From contig PLCB01000016.1 of NCBI GenBank assembly GCA_003134695.1, positions 3,528 to 67,527 on the forward strand: DNA of 64,000 nt, written 5' to 3'. The notes beneath the pieces are model-generated. The model made no database searches. It worked only from the letters and a program-made list of their open reading frames with translations, and was not told where the DNA came from. The number at the start of each line of letters is the position of its first letter. Position 1 is the stretch's first letter. Below, in pieces: positions 9,020 through 17,129 of the stretch. The stretch is from Candidatus Zemynaea palustris (GTDB lineage Bacteria > Vulcanimicrobiota > Vulcanimicrobiia > Vulcanimicrobiales > Vulcanimicrobiaceae). Both the position numbers and the translations under genes were made by a program.

Positions 9020-9360
9020 CGCTCGCCTCGCCGGGCATGCTCTCGCTCGTGCGCGCGCTCGACCTCGGCCAGACGCCGTTCGAGCGCGACGCGTTCGATC
9101 ACGCCTTTCTCAGCCATCACGGCAATCAGCGAATGCAACCAGCGCTCGTAGTAGCCGAGCAAACGGTATTCGTCCGCCGAGAGCGACTCGATCCCGCGTC
9201 GCAACTCGTCGACGCTCATCAGCGCTCCGCCGGGCCGCTGCGGGTCGGACAAGAGTTGCATCAGCGCGTCGACGCGCATCTCCCAAGGGAGGATGGCGTG
9301 CTGTCCGCGCGGGACCGGCGCATCCGTCCGCGTTCCACCGAGATCGTGGTGCCCGCTCAT
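9016..9360 (-). CDS. nitrile hydratase beta subunit, N-terminal half as a separate polypeptide
   Basis: 114 aa starting MSGHHDLGG (NHase beta signature is M.G.HD.GG). Also has ...PWE.R..AL... and YYERWLHSL. Confidence 0.8.
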   Translation of the reverse strand: MSGHHDLGGTRTDAPVPRGQHAILPWEMRVDALMQLLSDPQRPGGALMSVDELRRGIESLSADEYRLLGYYERWLHSLIAVMAEKGVIERVALERRLAEVERAHEREHARRGER

Positions 9361-9372
9361 CGTTTGCGCTGA

Positions 9373-9885
9373 TTATAGCAGGGACTTCGGCGTTTGCGCA
9401 CCTTCGACGTAGCCACGAGCGAGGTCGGCCTCGGCCTTCGTCTGCTCGGCGACGCCGAACGCAAGCTTCGCCACCCGGTGCGAGTGACGACCGCCGCTTT
9501 CGAAAGGCGTCTCCATGAAGATCGCGACAAGCCGCTCGACCATCTCCCAGCCCGTGAGCCGCTCGGAGAGCGCGAGGACGTTGGCGTCGTTGTGACGGCG
9601 CGCCAGCTCGCACGAATACGGCTCAACGACGGCGGCGCAACGGACGCCTTCCACTTTGTTGGCGGCGATGGCGATCCCGAGGCTCGAGCCGCAGACCACG
9701 ATGCCGCGGTCGTAGCGTCCGCTCGCGACGGCGGCACCGACGACGAAGCCGTAGTCGGGGTAGTCGACCGGCGTCGCGTCACGAGTCCCGAAATCGTGGG
9801 TTTCGTGGCCCTGCGCGCGGAGTTGCTCCGCGATCTTGTCCTTGTAACCGAAGCCGGCGTGGTCGGCAGCGAGCGCGATCTTCAT
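9373..9885 (-). CDS. rpiB: ribose-5-phosphate isomerase B
   Basis: MKIALAADHAGF...GIVVCGSSLGIAIAANK...HNDANVLAL is typical of RpiB/LacAB. ATG 9885 is preferred over TTG 9894. Confidence 0.9.
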   Translation of the reverse strand: MKIALAADHAGFGYKDKIAEQLRAQGHETHDFGTRDATPVDYPDYGFVVGAAVASGRYDRGIVVCGSSLGIAIAANKVEGVRCAAVVEPYSCELARRHNDANVLALSERLTGWEMVERLVAIFMETPFESGGRHSHRVAKLAFGVAEQTKAEADLARGYVEGAQTPKSLL

Positions 9886-9945
9886 CTCACCCAAGACTTC
9901 CGCGCCGACGGGAGGGACGCCCGCAGAGCCGAACCTGTTTCATAA

Positions 9946-10689
9946 ATGAAGATCGCTTCGTCGAGCGCGAGCTTCGCGCGAATGCTCGCGCGTGGCGAAC
10001 TCACGCAACTCGAGTGGCTCGATCTGTGCGCCTCCGAACTCGACCTCGACGGCGTGCTGTTCGACACTCGCCACTTCGCACGCACCGACGCCGACTATCT
10101 CGCGCAGCTCAAAAAGACCGCGGTCGACTTGGGTCTCGCGGTCGCGGGACTCGTCGCGCCCGATCTCCCGAGCGCCGGCGAAGCGCCCTTCGAGATAGCG
10201 CTCGCGCTCGGCGCCCCGATCGTCGTCGCCGACGCGCCCCCCGCCGCCGACGATCCGGCCGCGTGGAGTGCGTTCACGGCGGCGCTCAAGCCGGCCGTCA
10301 ACGTGGGAAAACGGCTCAACGTCACGGTCGCCGTGCGCAACGGCTCGTCGACGCTGTGCGCCTCGGCCGCCGACTGCAAGCGGCTGGCCAAAGACGTCGA
10401 TAGCGCCTGGCTGCGCTTCGCAACCGACGCGACCGCGTTCGGGGCACTCGACAAGATTGAAGAGCTCGCGACAAAAACCGTCCTCGCGACGCACGCCATC
10501 GAAAACCTCGAGACGTTCGCGCGCGATGACGATGCCGAAGCGCGGCGCCTGCTCGACGCCTTGCGCGGATTTCGCGGATTCGTCGCGGTCGATCGCGGCG
10601 ACGCCGACGGAGAGCGCGACACGTTTCATCGCGCGATCGGGCGCTTACGCGGGCTGCTGGCGCGGATCGAACTCGAGACCCTCGCGTAG
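9946..10689 (+). CDS. xylose-isomerase-like TIM-barrel protein (sugar phosphate isomerase/epimerase family)
   Basis: 247 aa. The pattern of alternating beta/alpha segments and overall resemblance to AP-endonuclease-2/IolE-type TIM barrels support the call. Function not assignable. Confidence 0.55.
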   Translation: MKIASSSASFARMLARGELTQLEWLDLCASELDLDGVLFDTRHFARTDADYLAQLKKTAVDLGLAVAGLVAPDLPSAGEAPFEIALALGAPIVVADAPPAADDPAAWSAFTAALKPAVNVGKRLNVTVAVRNGSSTLCASAADCKRLAKDVDSAWLRFATDATAFGALDKIEELATKTVLATHAIENLETFARDDDAEARRLLDALRGFRGFVAVDRGDADGERDTFHRAIGRLRGLLARIELETLA

Positions 10690-11018
10690 GGCCGCCGGCA
10701 AACAAAGGGACGACAACCGCACTGCCGTCTGCGAACCCTGGTAGAAACCTGATTCTCTCAGGTGGGTGCGGCCCGGGCGCCGGGGAGGGTTCGGGGTATG
10801 CCGCCCCCTCCAACCGTCGTGTCCGGAGCTTGTGCTCCCTTTGTTGTTACGTTGGTCCTACACCAAGGGAAGGTACGCGCGCGAGCGCAGTCGTCGTCTA
10901 CCGCGCATTATGCCACCGCAGCCTCGGTTTTAACAGACTTGACAAACGATGTTTTCCAAGAACTGTGAGCGGGGCCGCGCGCGAGGACCGGAGCCAACTA
11001 TAGATGTAAGAGCTAGCC

Positions 11019-12023
11019 GTGCATCTGACGGTTCAGCCGCTCGCTCTCTCGCTCGTCCACACCTTCACGATCGCGCGGGGCTCGGCGTCGGTCGCGCGGA
11101 CCGCGATTTTCCGCTTGCAGCACGGCGCTCTAGTCGGCCTCGGAGAGACGGCGCCGAGTGCGCGCTACGACGAAAGTGTCGAGTCAGTGAGCGCCTTCTT
11201 CGCGGCGCATCCGCCGCGTGGCGACGATCCTTACGCGCTCGAAGCCTTGCTCGAAGGGATCCCGCCGGCCGCTCGCTGCGGTCTCGATCTCGCCCTGCAC
11301 GACCTGATCGGAAAGGACGTCGATCGGCCGCTCTGGCGGCTCTTGGGTCTCGATCCGTCGAAAACGCCCGTGACGTCGTTCACGATCGGCATCGACACCG
11401 TCGAGACGATGCTCGCGAAGATCGACGAGGTCCGCGATCACCCGATTCTCAAAGTGAAGTTGGGGACGCCGAACGACCTCGAATTGCTCGCGGCGATTCG
11501 CGAACGTTATGCCGGAACGATCCGCATCGACGCCAACGAGGCATGGACGCCAGAACGTGCCGTCGAGATTCTGCGCGAGCTCGAACGCTTCGATATCGAG
11601 TTCTGCGAGCAGCCGATTCCCGCCGGAAAGCCCGAACGCTTGCGCTGGATTCGCGAGCGCGTCAAGATTCCGATCGTCAGCGACGAAGACTCCGTCACCG
11701 CGAGCGACCTCCCAGCATTGCGCGGCTGCGTCGACGGCATCAACGTGAAGCTCGTCAAGTGCGGCGGGATTCGCGCAGCGCTCGCGATGATCCATACGGC
11801 ACGAGCGCTCGGTCTGAACGTGATGCTCGGCTGCATGGTGGAGAGCGCGATCCTCGCGACCGCTGCGGCACACCTCTCACCGCTCGTCGACTGGGCCGAT
11901 CTCGACGGCCCGTTCCTCACCAAAGACGACCCGTTCGCCGGCATCACGTACGAGCGCGGAAAGATCGTGTTACCGGAAGGTGCCGGGCTCGGCGTGCGCG
12001 AGCGCTCGCGCAGCGCCGCGTGA
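11019..12023 (+). CDS. enolase-superfamily dipeptide epimerase (L-Ala-D/L-Glu epimerase / N-acyl amino acid racemase-like)
   Basis: 334 aa with a GTG start. Muconate-lactonizing-enzyme subgroup motifs are present: KVKLG, IRIDANEAW, EQP, SDED, KLVKCGG. Confidence 0.8.
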   Translation: MHLTVQPLALSLVHTFTIARGSASVARTAIFRLQHGALVGLGETAPSARYDESVESVSAFFAAHPPRGDDPYALEALLEGIPPAARCGLDLALHDLIGKDVDRPLWRLLGLDPSKTPVTSFTIGIDTVETMLAKIDEVRDHPILKVKLGTPNDLELLAAIRERYAGTIRIDANEAWTPERAVEILRELERFDIEFCEQPIPAGKPERLRWIRERVKIPIVSDEDSVTASDLPALRGCVDGINVKLVKCGGIRAALAMIHTARALGLNVMLGCMVESAILATAAAHLSPLVDWADLDGPFLTKDDPFAGITYERGKIVLPEGAGLGVRERSRSAA

Positions 12024-13093
12024 CGAACAAGCGCCGGCGTTACGCGATCCTCACGCCCGGTGACTTTGACGACACGCGCGCGAAGACGGCGCACGGTGTG
12101 ATCGCGTACGCGCAGGATGAAACCATCGCCGTCGTCGACCCGGAACATTCGGGGAAGCGCGTGCGCGACGTGCTGCCGTACTTGGAGAGCGACGCGCCGA
12201 TCGTCGCGAGCGTCGCCGACGCGCTCGCGTTCGGCCCGACCTCGCTCCTGGTCGGCGTCGCGCCGCCCGGCGGCGGGCTGCCCGACGCGTGGCGCGGCGA
12301 AATCATCGCCGCGCTCGAAGCCGGCCTCGAAGTCGTCAGCGGCCTGCACCAAACGCTCGGCGACGATCCCGAGTTCGCCCGGGCGGCTCGGCGCGGCGGC
12401 GCGACGATCTGGGACGTAAGGATCCCGCCGCCGGTCCCGCTGTTCTCGGGCGAAGTCTACGGTGTCGAGGCACGCGTCGTCTTGACCGTCGGCAGCGATT
12501 GCGCGGTCGGAAAGATGACCGTCGCGCTCGAGTTGACCAAAGCCGCGCGCGAACGCGGCGTCCGCTCGCAGTTCGTCGCGACCGGTCAAACGGGGATCAT
12601 GATCGCCGGGGCTGGGATCGCGATCGATCGCGTCATCAGCGACTTCGCGTCGGGCGCAGCCGAGCGAATCGTCGTCGACGCCGCGCGCGACGCGGACCTC
12701 ATCTTCGTAGAAGGTCAAGGTGGGATCAACCATCCCGCGTTCGCGGCGGTCACGCTCGCCCTCGTTTACGGCGCCGCGCCCGACGCGCTCGTCCTCGTGC
12801 ACGAACCGAAGCGCGAGACCGTCAGCGGCTTTGAGACCCCACTGCTCTCGTACCGGCAACTGATTCGAACCTACGAAGGGCTCTGCGCCGGCGTGAAGCC
12901 CGCGCGCGTCGTCGGTGTCGCGCTCAACACGCGCGCGCTCGACGAGGCCGCTGCGCGCGCGGCCCTCGAACGCGCTCGCGAAGAAACCGGTCTGCCCGCC
13001 GACGACGTCGTTCGCTTCGGAGCGTTGGCGCTCTTCGACGCGATGGCGCCGGCGTTCGCCGCGAAGACGCAAGCGCTACGGGCCTCGGGATGA
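12020..13093 (+). CDS. DUF1611-family protein (DgcN-like putative N-acetyltransferase)
   Basis: GTG 12020 overlaps the epimerase stop (GTGA). Motifs VGSDCAVGKMT, ATGQTGIMI and EGQGGINHP match my memory of DUF1611. The first ~357 codons of ORF 10949..13093 are a wrong-frame shadow of the epimerase. Confidence 0.7.
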   Translation: MTNKRRRYAILTPGDFDDTRAKTAHGVIAYAQDETIAVVDPEHSGKRVRDVLPYLESDAPIVASVADALAFGPTSLLVGVAPPGGGLPDAWRGEIIAALEAGLEVVSGLHQTLGDDPEFARAARRGGATIWDVRIPPPVPLFSGEVYGVEARVVLTVGSDCAVGKMTVALELTKAARERGVRSQFVATGQTGIMIAGAGIAIDRVISDFASGAAERIVVDAARDADLIFVEGQGGINHPAFAAVTLALVYGAAPDALVLVHEPKRETVSGFETPLLSYRQLIRTYEGLCAGVKPARVVGVALNTRALDEAAARAALERAREETGLPADDVVRFGALALFDAMAPAFAAKTQALRASG

Positions 13094-14706
13094 TTCGGCG
13101 GATCGCCGCGGCGCTGCTCGTGCTCGCGTTCGCCGGCTGCACGAAGACCGCCGGCCCGAGCGGCCCCGGCGGACGGCACCCATGGACGATCCCGGGTCAC
13201 GTGCGCATCGGCGCGCCCGACGAGCCGGACAACCTCAACCCGATGTTCGCCCATACCGATGCGACCGATCAGATCGACGCGCTGATCTTCGCGCCGGTCT
13301 TTCGCTACGATCCGCGCGGCGAATTCGTCCCCGAACTCGCAACCGAAGTTCCGACCTACCAAAACGGCGGAATCTCGCGCGATTCGAAGACCATCGTGTT
13401 GCATTGGCGGCGCGGCGTGAAGTGGTCGGACGGTGCGCCGCTCACCGCACGCGACCTCCGTTTCACCTGGCGCGCGGTAATGAACAAACGCAACTCGACC
13501 AAAGCCACGTTCGGCTGGGACGACGTCGCCTCGATCGATCTGCCCGACGATTATACGGCCGTCGTTCGTCTCTTACGGCCCAACGCCGACGTCCTCGGGA
13601 TCTTCGGCGGCGGAGGCGGCAGCGCGTATCCGCCGCTGCCCGAACATCTGCTCGGCGCGCTCCCCGACCTCAATCGCGCGTCGTTCAACGTACACCCAAT
13701 CTCGAGCGGCCCGTGGCTACTGACCGCTTGGAAGCACGGTTCGGGCTTCGAGTTTGCGCCGAATCCGCGCTATTGGCGCGGGCCGCCGACGTTACGCGCG
13801 CTGAGCGTCAAAATCGTCCCGAACGCCGACACGCTGGTCGAGGAGTTGCAGACCCACGAGATCGATGTGATTCAAAACGTCGCCGAGACCGCCGTCGCTC
13901 GGCTCGCGTCGATCGAGGGCATCGCGACGCAACGGCATCTCATCGCCAGTTGGCGCCGGCTTGCGATCGATTGCGGGAAGCCGGTGCTGTCCGACGTGCG
14001 CGTGCGCCTGGCGCTGGCCGAAGCGATCGACTGGGATCGAATGAACGCGACGATCTATCACGGCTACAACCTGCGCGCCAGGAGCGACATTCCGCCCGAC
14101 TCTTGGGCCGCGCCGAAGATTCCGTTCTACAAACACGACGTCGCCGACGCCGAACGCCTGCTGGATGCCGCCGGGTGGCGGCGCGGACCCGACGGGATGC
14201 GCGCGAAGAGCGGCGAGCCGCTTACGCTCACCATTTCCTCGTCCAACGCGCCCGGCAACGAGCAAGCTGAGGTCGTGATGCAACAAGAACTCAAAGCGAT
14301 CGGCATCGCGCTCTCGATCAAGAATTATCCGAGCAGTCTGCTCTTCGCGCAAAACGGCCCGCTCTACGGCGGCAAGTACGACCTCGAATGGTCGATCGAA
14401 ACCAACGGCCCAGATCCCGACAACCAAGGATCGTGGAGTGCCGATTTCCTACCGCCGCACGGCGCGAACACGAGCTTCTTGCGAGATTCCGTGCTCACGA
14501 AAATCTCCGACGAGGCGATTCGGACCTTCAATCGCAAGCGGCGCAAGGCGCTCTATCAGAAAGAAGAGGAACGCATCCACGCGCTGGTCCCGGTGATCTT
14601 CTTCTACTGGGAGCGAACGACGACGGCCTACAACAGCGATTTGCTTAACTATAAACCGGCCGAGTATATCACCGACTACTGGAACTCATGGGAATGGGAT
14701 ATTTAG
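13090..14706 (+). CDS. ABC transporter substrate-binding lipoprotein, family 5 (peptide/nickel type)
   Basis: 538 aa with a lipobox (LAFAGC). Length and motifs fit DppA/OppA-like proteins. Its ATG overlaps the upstream stop (ATGA). Confidence 0.85.
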   Translation: MIRRIAAALLVLAFAGCTKTAGPSGPGGRHPWTIPGHVRIGAPDEPDNLNPMFAHTDATDQIDALIFAPVFRYDPRGEFVPELATEVPTYQNGGISRDSKTIVLHWRRGVKWSDGAPLTARDLRFTWRAVMNKRNSTKATFGWDDVASIDLPDDYTAVVRLLRPNADVLGIFGGGGGSAYPPLPEHLLGALPDLNRASFNVHPISSGPWLLTAWKHGSGFEFAPNPRYWRGPPTLRALSVKIVPNADTLVEELQTHEIDVIQNVAETAVARLASIEGIATQRHLIASWRRLAIDCGKPVLSDVRVRLALAEAIDWDRMNATIYHGYNLRARSDIPPDSWAAPKIPFYKHDVADAERLLDAAGWRRGPDGMRAKSGEPLTLTISSSNAPGNEQAEVVMQQELKAIGIALSIKNYPSSLLFAQNGPLYGGKYDLEWSIETNGPDPDNQGSWSADFLPPHGANTSFLRDSVLTKISDEAIRTFNRKRRKALYQKEEERIHALVPVIFFYWERTTTAYNSDLLNYKPAEYITDYWNSWEWDI

Positions 14707-14731
14707 GCTGCGCGTCTTTTTCGCCGGCTCA

Positions 14732-15136
14732 TTACGTCGGGCAGCAGGCCGGCGCTTCGGCGTCGCGCGTCTCGGCTTCTTCGATGACGAAGTACGTCTC
14801 CCAACGGCGCCCGTCGGGATCGGTCGTCCACACTTTCGTCTGCTTGGCGTAGCAGCACGTCTCGTCGCGTTCGACGTCGGCCCGGTAGCCGGACCCTTGG
14901 AGCCGTGCGATCGCGCCGTCGACTTGGTCGAGCGAATCGACCACGATTCCGTAGTGAGCGCCTTCCGCAATCTTGACCGCCGGATCCGCGTCGAGCGCCA
15001 GTTCGAGACCCGGTTTCTCGGTGAGGAACAACGCGTAGTCGGCGAAGTGCTTGGTGGGCGCCGCCGCCAGCAGCGTTTGATAGAACGCGACGCTCTTCGA
15101 GAGGTCGTGGGTGGCGAGGTTGAGATGGACCTTCAT
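14732..15136 (-). CDS. arsI: ArsI/CadI-type VOC (glyoxalase-fold) protein, probable organoarsenical C-As lyase
   Basis: 134 aa with a VOC fold and a vicinal Cys pair in DETCCYAKQTKVW. Divergent from arsR. GGAGAG RBS. Confidence 0.7.
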   Translation of the reverse strand: MKVHLNLATHDLSKSVAFYQTLLAAAPTKHFADYALFLTEKPGLELALDADPAVKIAEGAHYGIVVDSLDQVDGAIARLQGSGYRADVERDETCCYAKQTKVWTTDPDGRRWETYFVIEEAETRDAEAPACCPT

Positions 15137-15150
15137 GGGGCTCTCCTGTA

Positions 15151-15179
15151 TTGACGGTTGTCGATTCTACTGCTAAAAT
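15151..15179 (+). promoter_or_regulatory. arsR promoter, probably giving a leaderless mRNA, overlapping a candidate ArsR operator
   Basis: TTGACG (15151-15156), a 17-nt spacer and TAAAAT (15174-15179), with the arsR ATG only 6 nt downstream. Inverted repeat TCGAT-N12-ATCGA (15161-15182) spans the -10 element. Confidence 0.55.
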
Positions 15180-15185
15180 CGATGA

Positions 15186-15533
15186 ATGTCAATACAGCGT
15201 GCTTGTCCCGAGGCATCGGTCTACAGGCGGGATCTCGACGCCGAGGCTGCGCTCTTCAAAGCGCTGGCCGATCCGGCGCGGTTGGCCATCTTGGCGACGC
15301 TGATTCGCAACGAGCATGAAGTGTGCGTCTGCGACTTCCCGACGGCACTCGCTCTGAACCAGTCGACGATCTCGCATCACCTCAAGATCCTCAAAGAAGT
15401 TGGGTTGGTCTCTTCGGTGCGGCGTGGAACGTGGGGTTATTACTCGCTCGCGCCCGACGCGCGCGCACAGATCGAAACTGCGCTGGCGACCGTCCTTCCG
15501 ACGAAAGTGCGGATACGATCGCGAATAACGTAA
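15186..15533 (+). CDS. arsR: ArsR/SmtB-family metalloregulator
   Basis: 115 aa with the CVCD metalloid-binding motif and the helix-turn-helix QSTISHHLKILKEVGLV. Confidence 0.85.
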   Translation: MSIQRACPEASVYRRDLDAEAALFKALADPARLAILATLIRNEHEVCVCDFPTALALNQSTISHHLKILKEVGLVSSVRRGTWGYYSLAPDARAQIETALATVLPTKVRIRSRIT

Positions 15534-15556
15534 GGGCGCCCCTCGCGCGCAGAGTC

Positions 15557-16210
15557 GTGGCCGAGTTCGTGGGCACGGCCTTCCTGCTGATCGCCGTCGT
15601 CGGATCTGGAATCATGGCGGAGCGGCTTTCATCGGGCAATGTCGCCTTGGCGCTCCTCGCTAACGCGGTCGCGACCGGCGGCGCGCTCGTCGCATTGATT
15701 CTCTGCTTTGCACCAATCTCGGGAGCGCACATCAATCCGGTGGTCACGCTGGTCGAGTTCGCGCGACGGCGCATCGCGGGTCGCGAGGCGCTCTGGTATG
15801 TGGCCGCGCAGGTTCTGGGCGCGCTCGCCGGCGTTGCGCTCGCTAACCTCTTGTTCGGACTCCCGCCGCTCGTCATGTCACACCACGGTCGAAGCGGCCC
15901 GATCCTGATGCTCAGCGAGTTCATCGCGACCGCCGGACTCGTGCTGACGATTCTCGGCTCCGCGCGCCGGACACCGAATCTCACCGCGTTCGCCGTCGCT
16001 TCATATATCGTCGCCGCGTATTGGTTCACGCCCTCGACGTCGTTTGCCAATCCCGCGGTGACGGTCGCGCGTGCGCTGACCGACACGTTCACGGGCATTC
16101 TGCCGAACGACGTGCTTCCGTTCGTCGTCGCCCAGGCGCTCGGCGCGCTCGCCGCCACGTATCTCTTCGCGTGGCTGGTCGAGCCGGAAGTTGAAGAACG
16201 TCGCGCGTGA
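15557..16210 (+). CDS. aqpS: MIP-family aquaglyceroporin (arsenite channel, AqpS-like)
   Basis: Six TM segments with NPV (HINPVVT) and NPA (FANPAVT) boxes. Start taken as GTG 15557 after the arsR stop. Confidence 0.8.
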   Translation: MAEFVGTAFLLIAVVGSGIMAERLSSGNVALALLANAVATGGALVALILCFAPISGAHINPVVTLVEFARRRIAGREALWYVAAQVLGALAGVALANLLFGLPPLVMSHHGRSGPILMLSEFIATAGLVLTILGSARRTPNLTAFAVASYIVAAYWFTPSTSFANPAVTVARALTDTFTGILPNDVLPFVVAQALGALAATYLFAWLVEPEVEERRA

Positions 16211-16611
16211 CCGAAGCCCGGCGTAAACCCTTCGTTCTCTTCGTCTGCCGTCACAACACCGGTCGCAGCCAGATGGCTGAAGCGTTCGTGCGCAAGCTCG
16301 GGGGCGAAGCGATCGACGTCGCTTCGGCCGGGACCATCGCAGCCGATCGGCCCGACCCCGGGGTCGTCGCCGCCATGGCCGAGCTCGGCATCGACATCTC
16401 GCGCGCCCGACCGAAGCTCCTCGACCCTGAGGTGATGACCCGCGCCGATCGCATCATCACGATGGGATGCGACGTCGAAGGCGTACCTCGCATCGACGAC
16501 GACTGGGGCCTGCCCGATCCGAGGGGCCAAGTCTTAGAGCGGGTTCGTGCAATCCGCGACGACGTATACAGAAAGGTTCGAGAACTCATCGCGCAACTGA
16601 GCGAGGAATGA
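16207..16611 (+). CDS. arsC: arsenate reductase, LMW-PTP fold
   Basis: 134 aa with the CX5R P-loop FVCRHNTGRS and a second Cys in TMGCD. Sits in the ars gene context. Confidence 0.75.
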   Translation: MTEARRKPFVLFVCRHNTGRSQMAEAFVRKLGGEAIDVASAGTIAADRPDPGVVAAMAELGIDISRARPKLLDPEVMTRADRIITMGCDVEGVPRIDDDWGLPDPRGQVLERVRAIRDDVYRKVRELIAQLSEE

Positions 16612-17129
16612 GTAGCAGAAGTCCGCAGCCGCGCGATCGCGTCGGCGAGATCCCGCCGAGCGCCCCGCTCCATCTCGCGCTGTACGAGCCGCAGATACCG
16701 CCGAACGCCGGCAACGTCGCACGGCTGTGCGCCGCGACCGGCTGCGCGTTGCATCTGATCGAACCGCTCGGCTTCTCGATCGACGACCGCGAGCTCAAGC
16801 GCGCCGGCCTCGACTACTGGCACTCCGTCGCCGTCACGGTCCACCCGTCACTCGACGCGTTCGTGCAACGCATGGGGATACGAACGATGTGGTTGTTCAG
16901 CACGCGCGCGACGCGCCATTATGGTGACGCCCCCTTCGCGTTCGGCGACGTGCTGCTCTTCGGCAAAGAGACCGCCGGCTTGCCGCAGGCGCTGCTCGAC
17001 GCGCGCTCGGAGCACACCCTGCGCATTCCGATGCGGCCCGACGCTGCGCGCAGCCTGAATCTCTCAACCGCGGTCGGCATCGTCACGTACGCGGCGCTCG
17101 GACGGCTCGGCTTCCCCGGATTGCATTGA
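16608..17129 (+). CDS. trmL: SpoU/TrmL-type tRNA (cytidine/uridine-2'-O)-methyltransferase
   Basis: From ATG 16608, which overlaps the arsC stop (ATGA). Motifs PPNAGNVARLC, LLFGKETAGLP and SLNLSTAVGIV. Confidence 0.8.
   Translation: MSSRSPQPRDRVGEIPPSAPLHLALYEPQIPPNAGNVARLCAATGCALHLIEPLGFSIDDRELKRAGLDYWHSVAVTVHPSLDAFVQRMGIRTMWLFSTRATRHYGDAPFAFGDVLLFGKETAGLPQALLDARSEHTLRIPMRPDAARSLNLSTAVGIVTYAALGRLGFPGLH

Noticed and set aside
8727-9038. N-terminal 104-codon extension of the NHase alpha ORF, which would make a 304-aa protein.
   Set aside because: The extension overlaps the whole beta C-terminal-half gene in another frame and is Arg-rich. The alpha-subunit similarity starts at ATG 8726, which overlaps the upstream stop.
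10697-10745. GGCAAAC...GGGACG...CAACCGC resembles part of a c-di-GMP-I (GEMM) riboswitch, and CCGCACTGCC resembles a B12 box.
   Set aside because: The hairpin that should separate the GGCAAAC and GACGCAAAG elements is missing, and the surrounding cobalamin-riboswitch core is absent. The resemblance is too short to support a call.
10762-10968. 68-aa ORF inside the long intergenic region.
   Set aside because: It has no RBS and its composition is low-complexity Ala/Pro/Val. It overlaps the predicted hairpins, so it is more likely non-coding.
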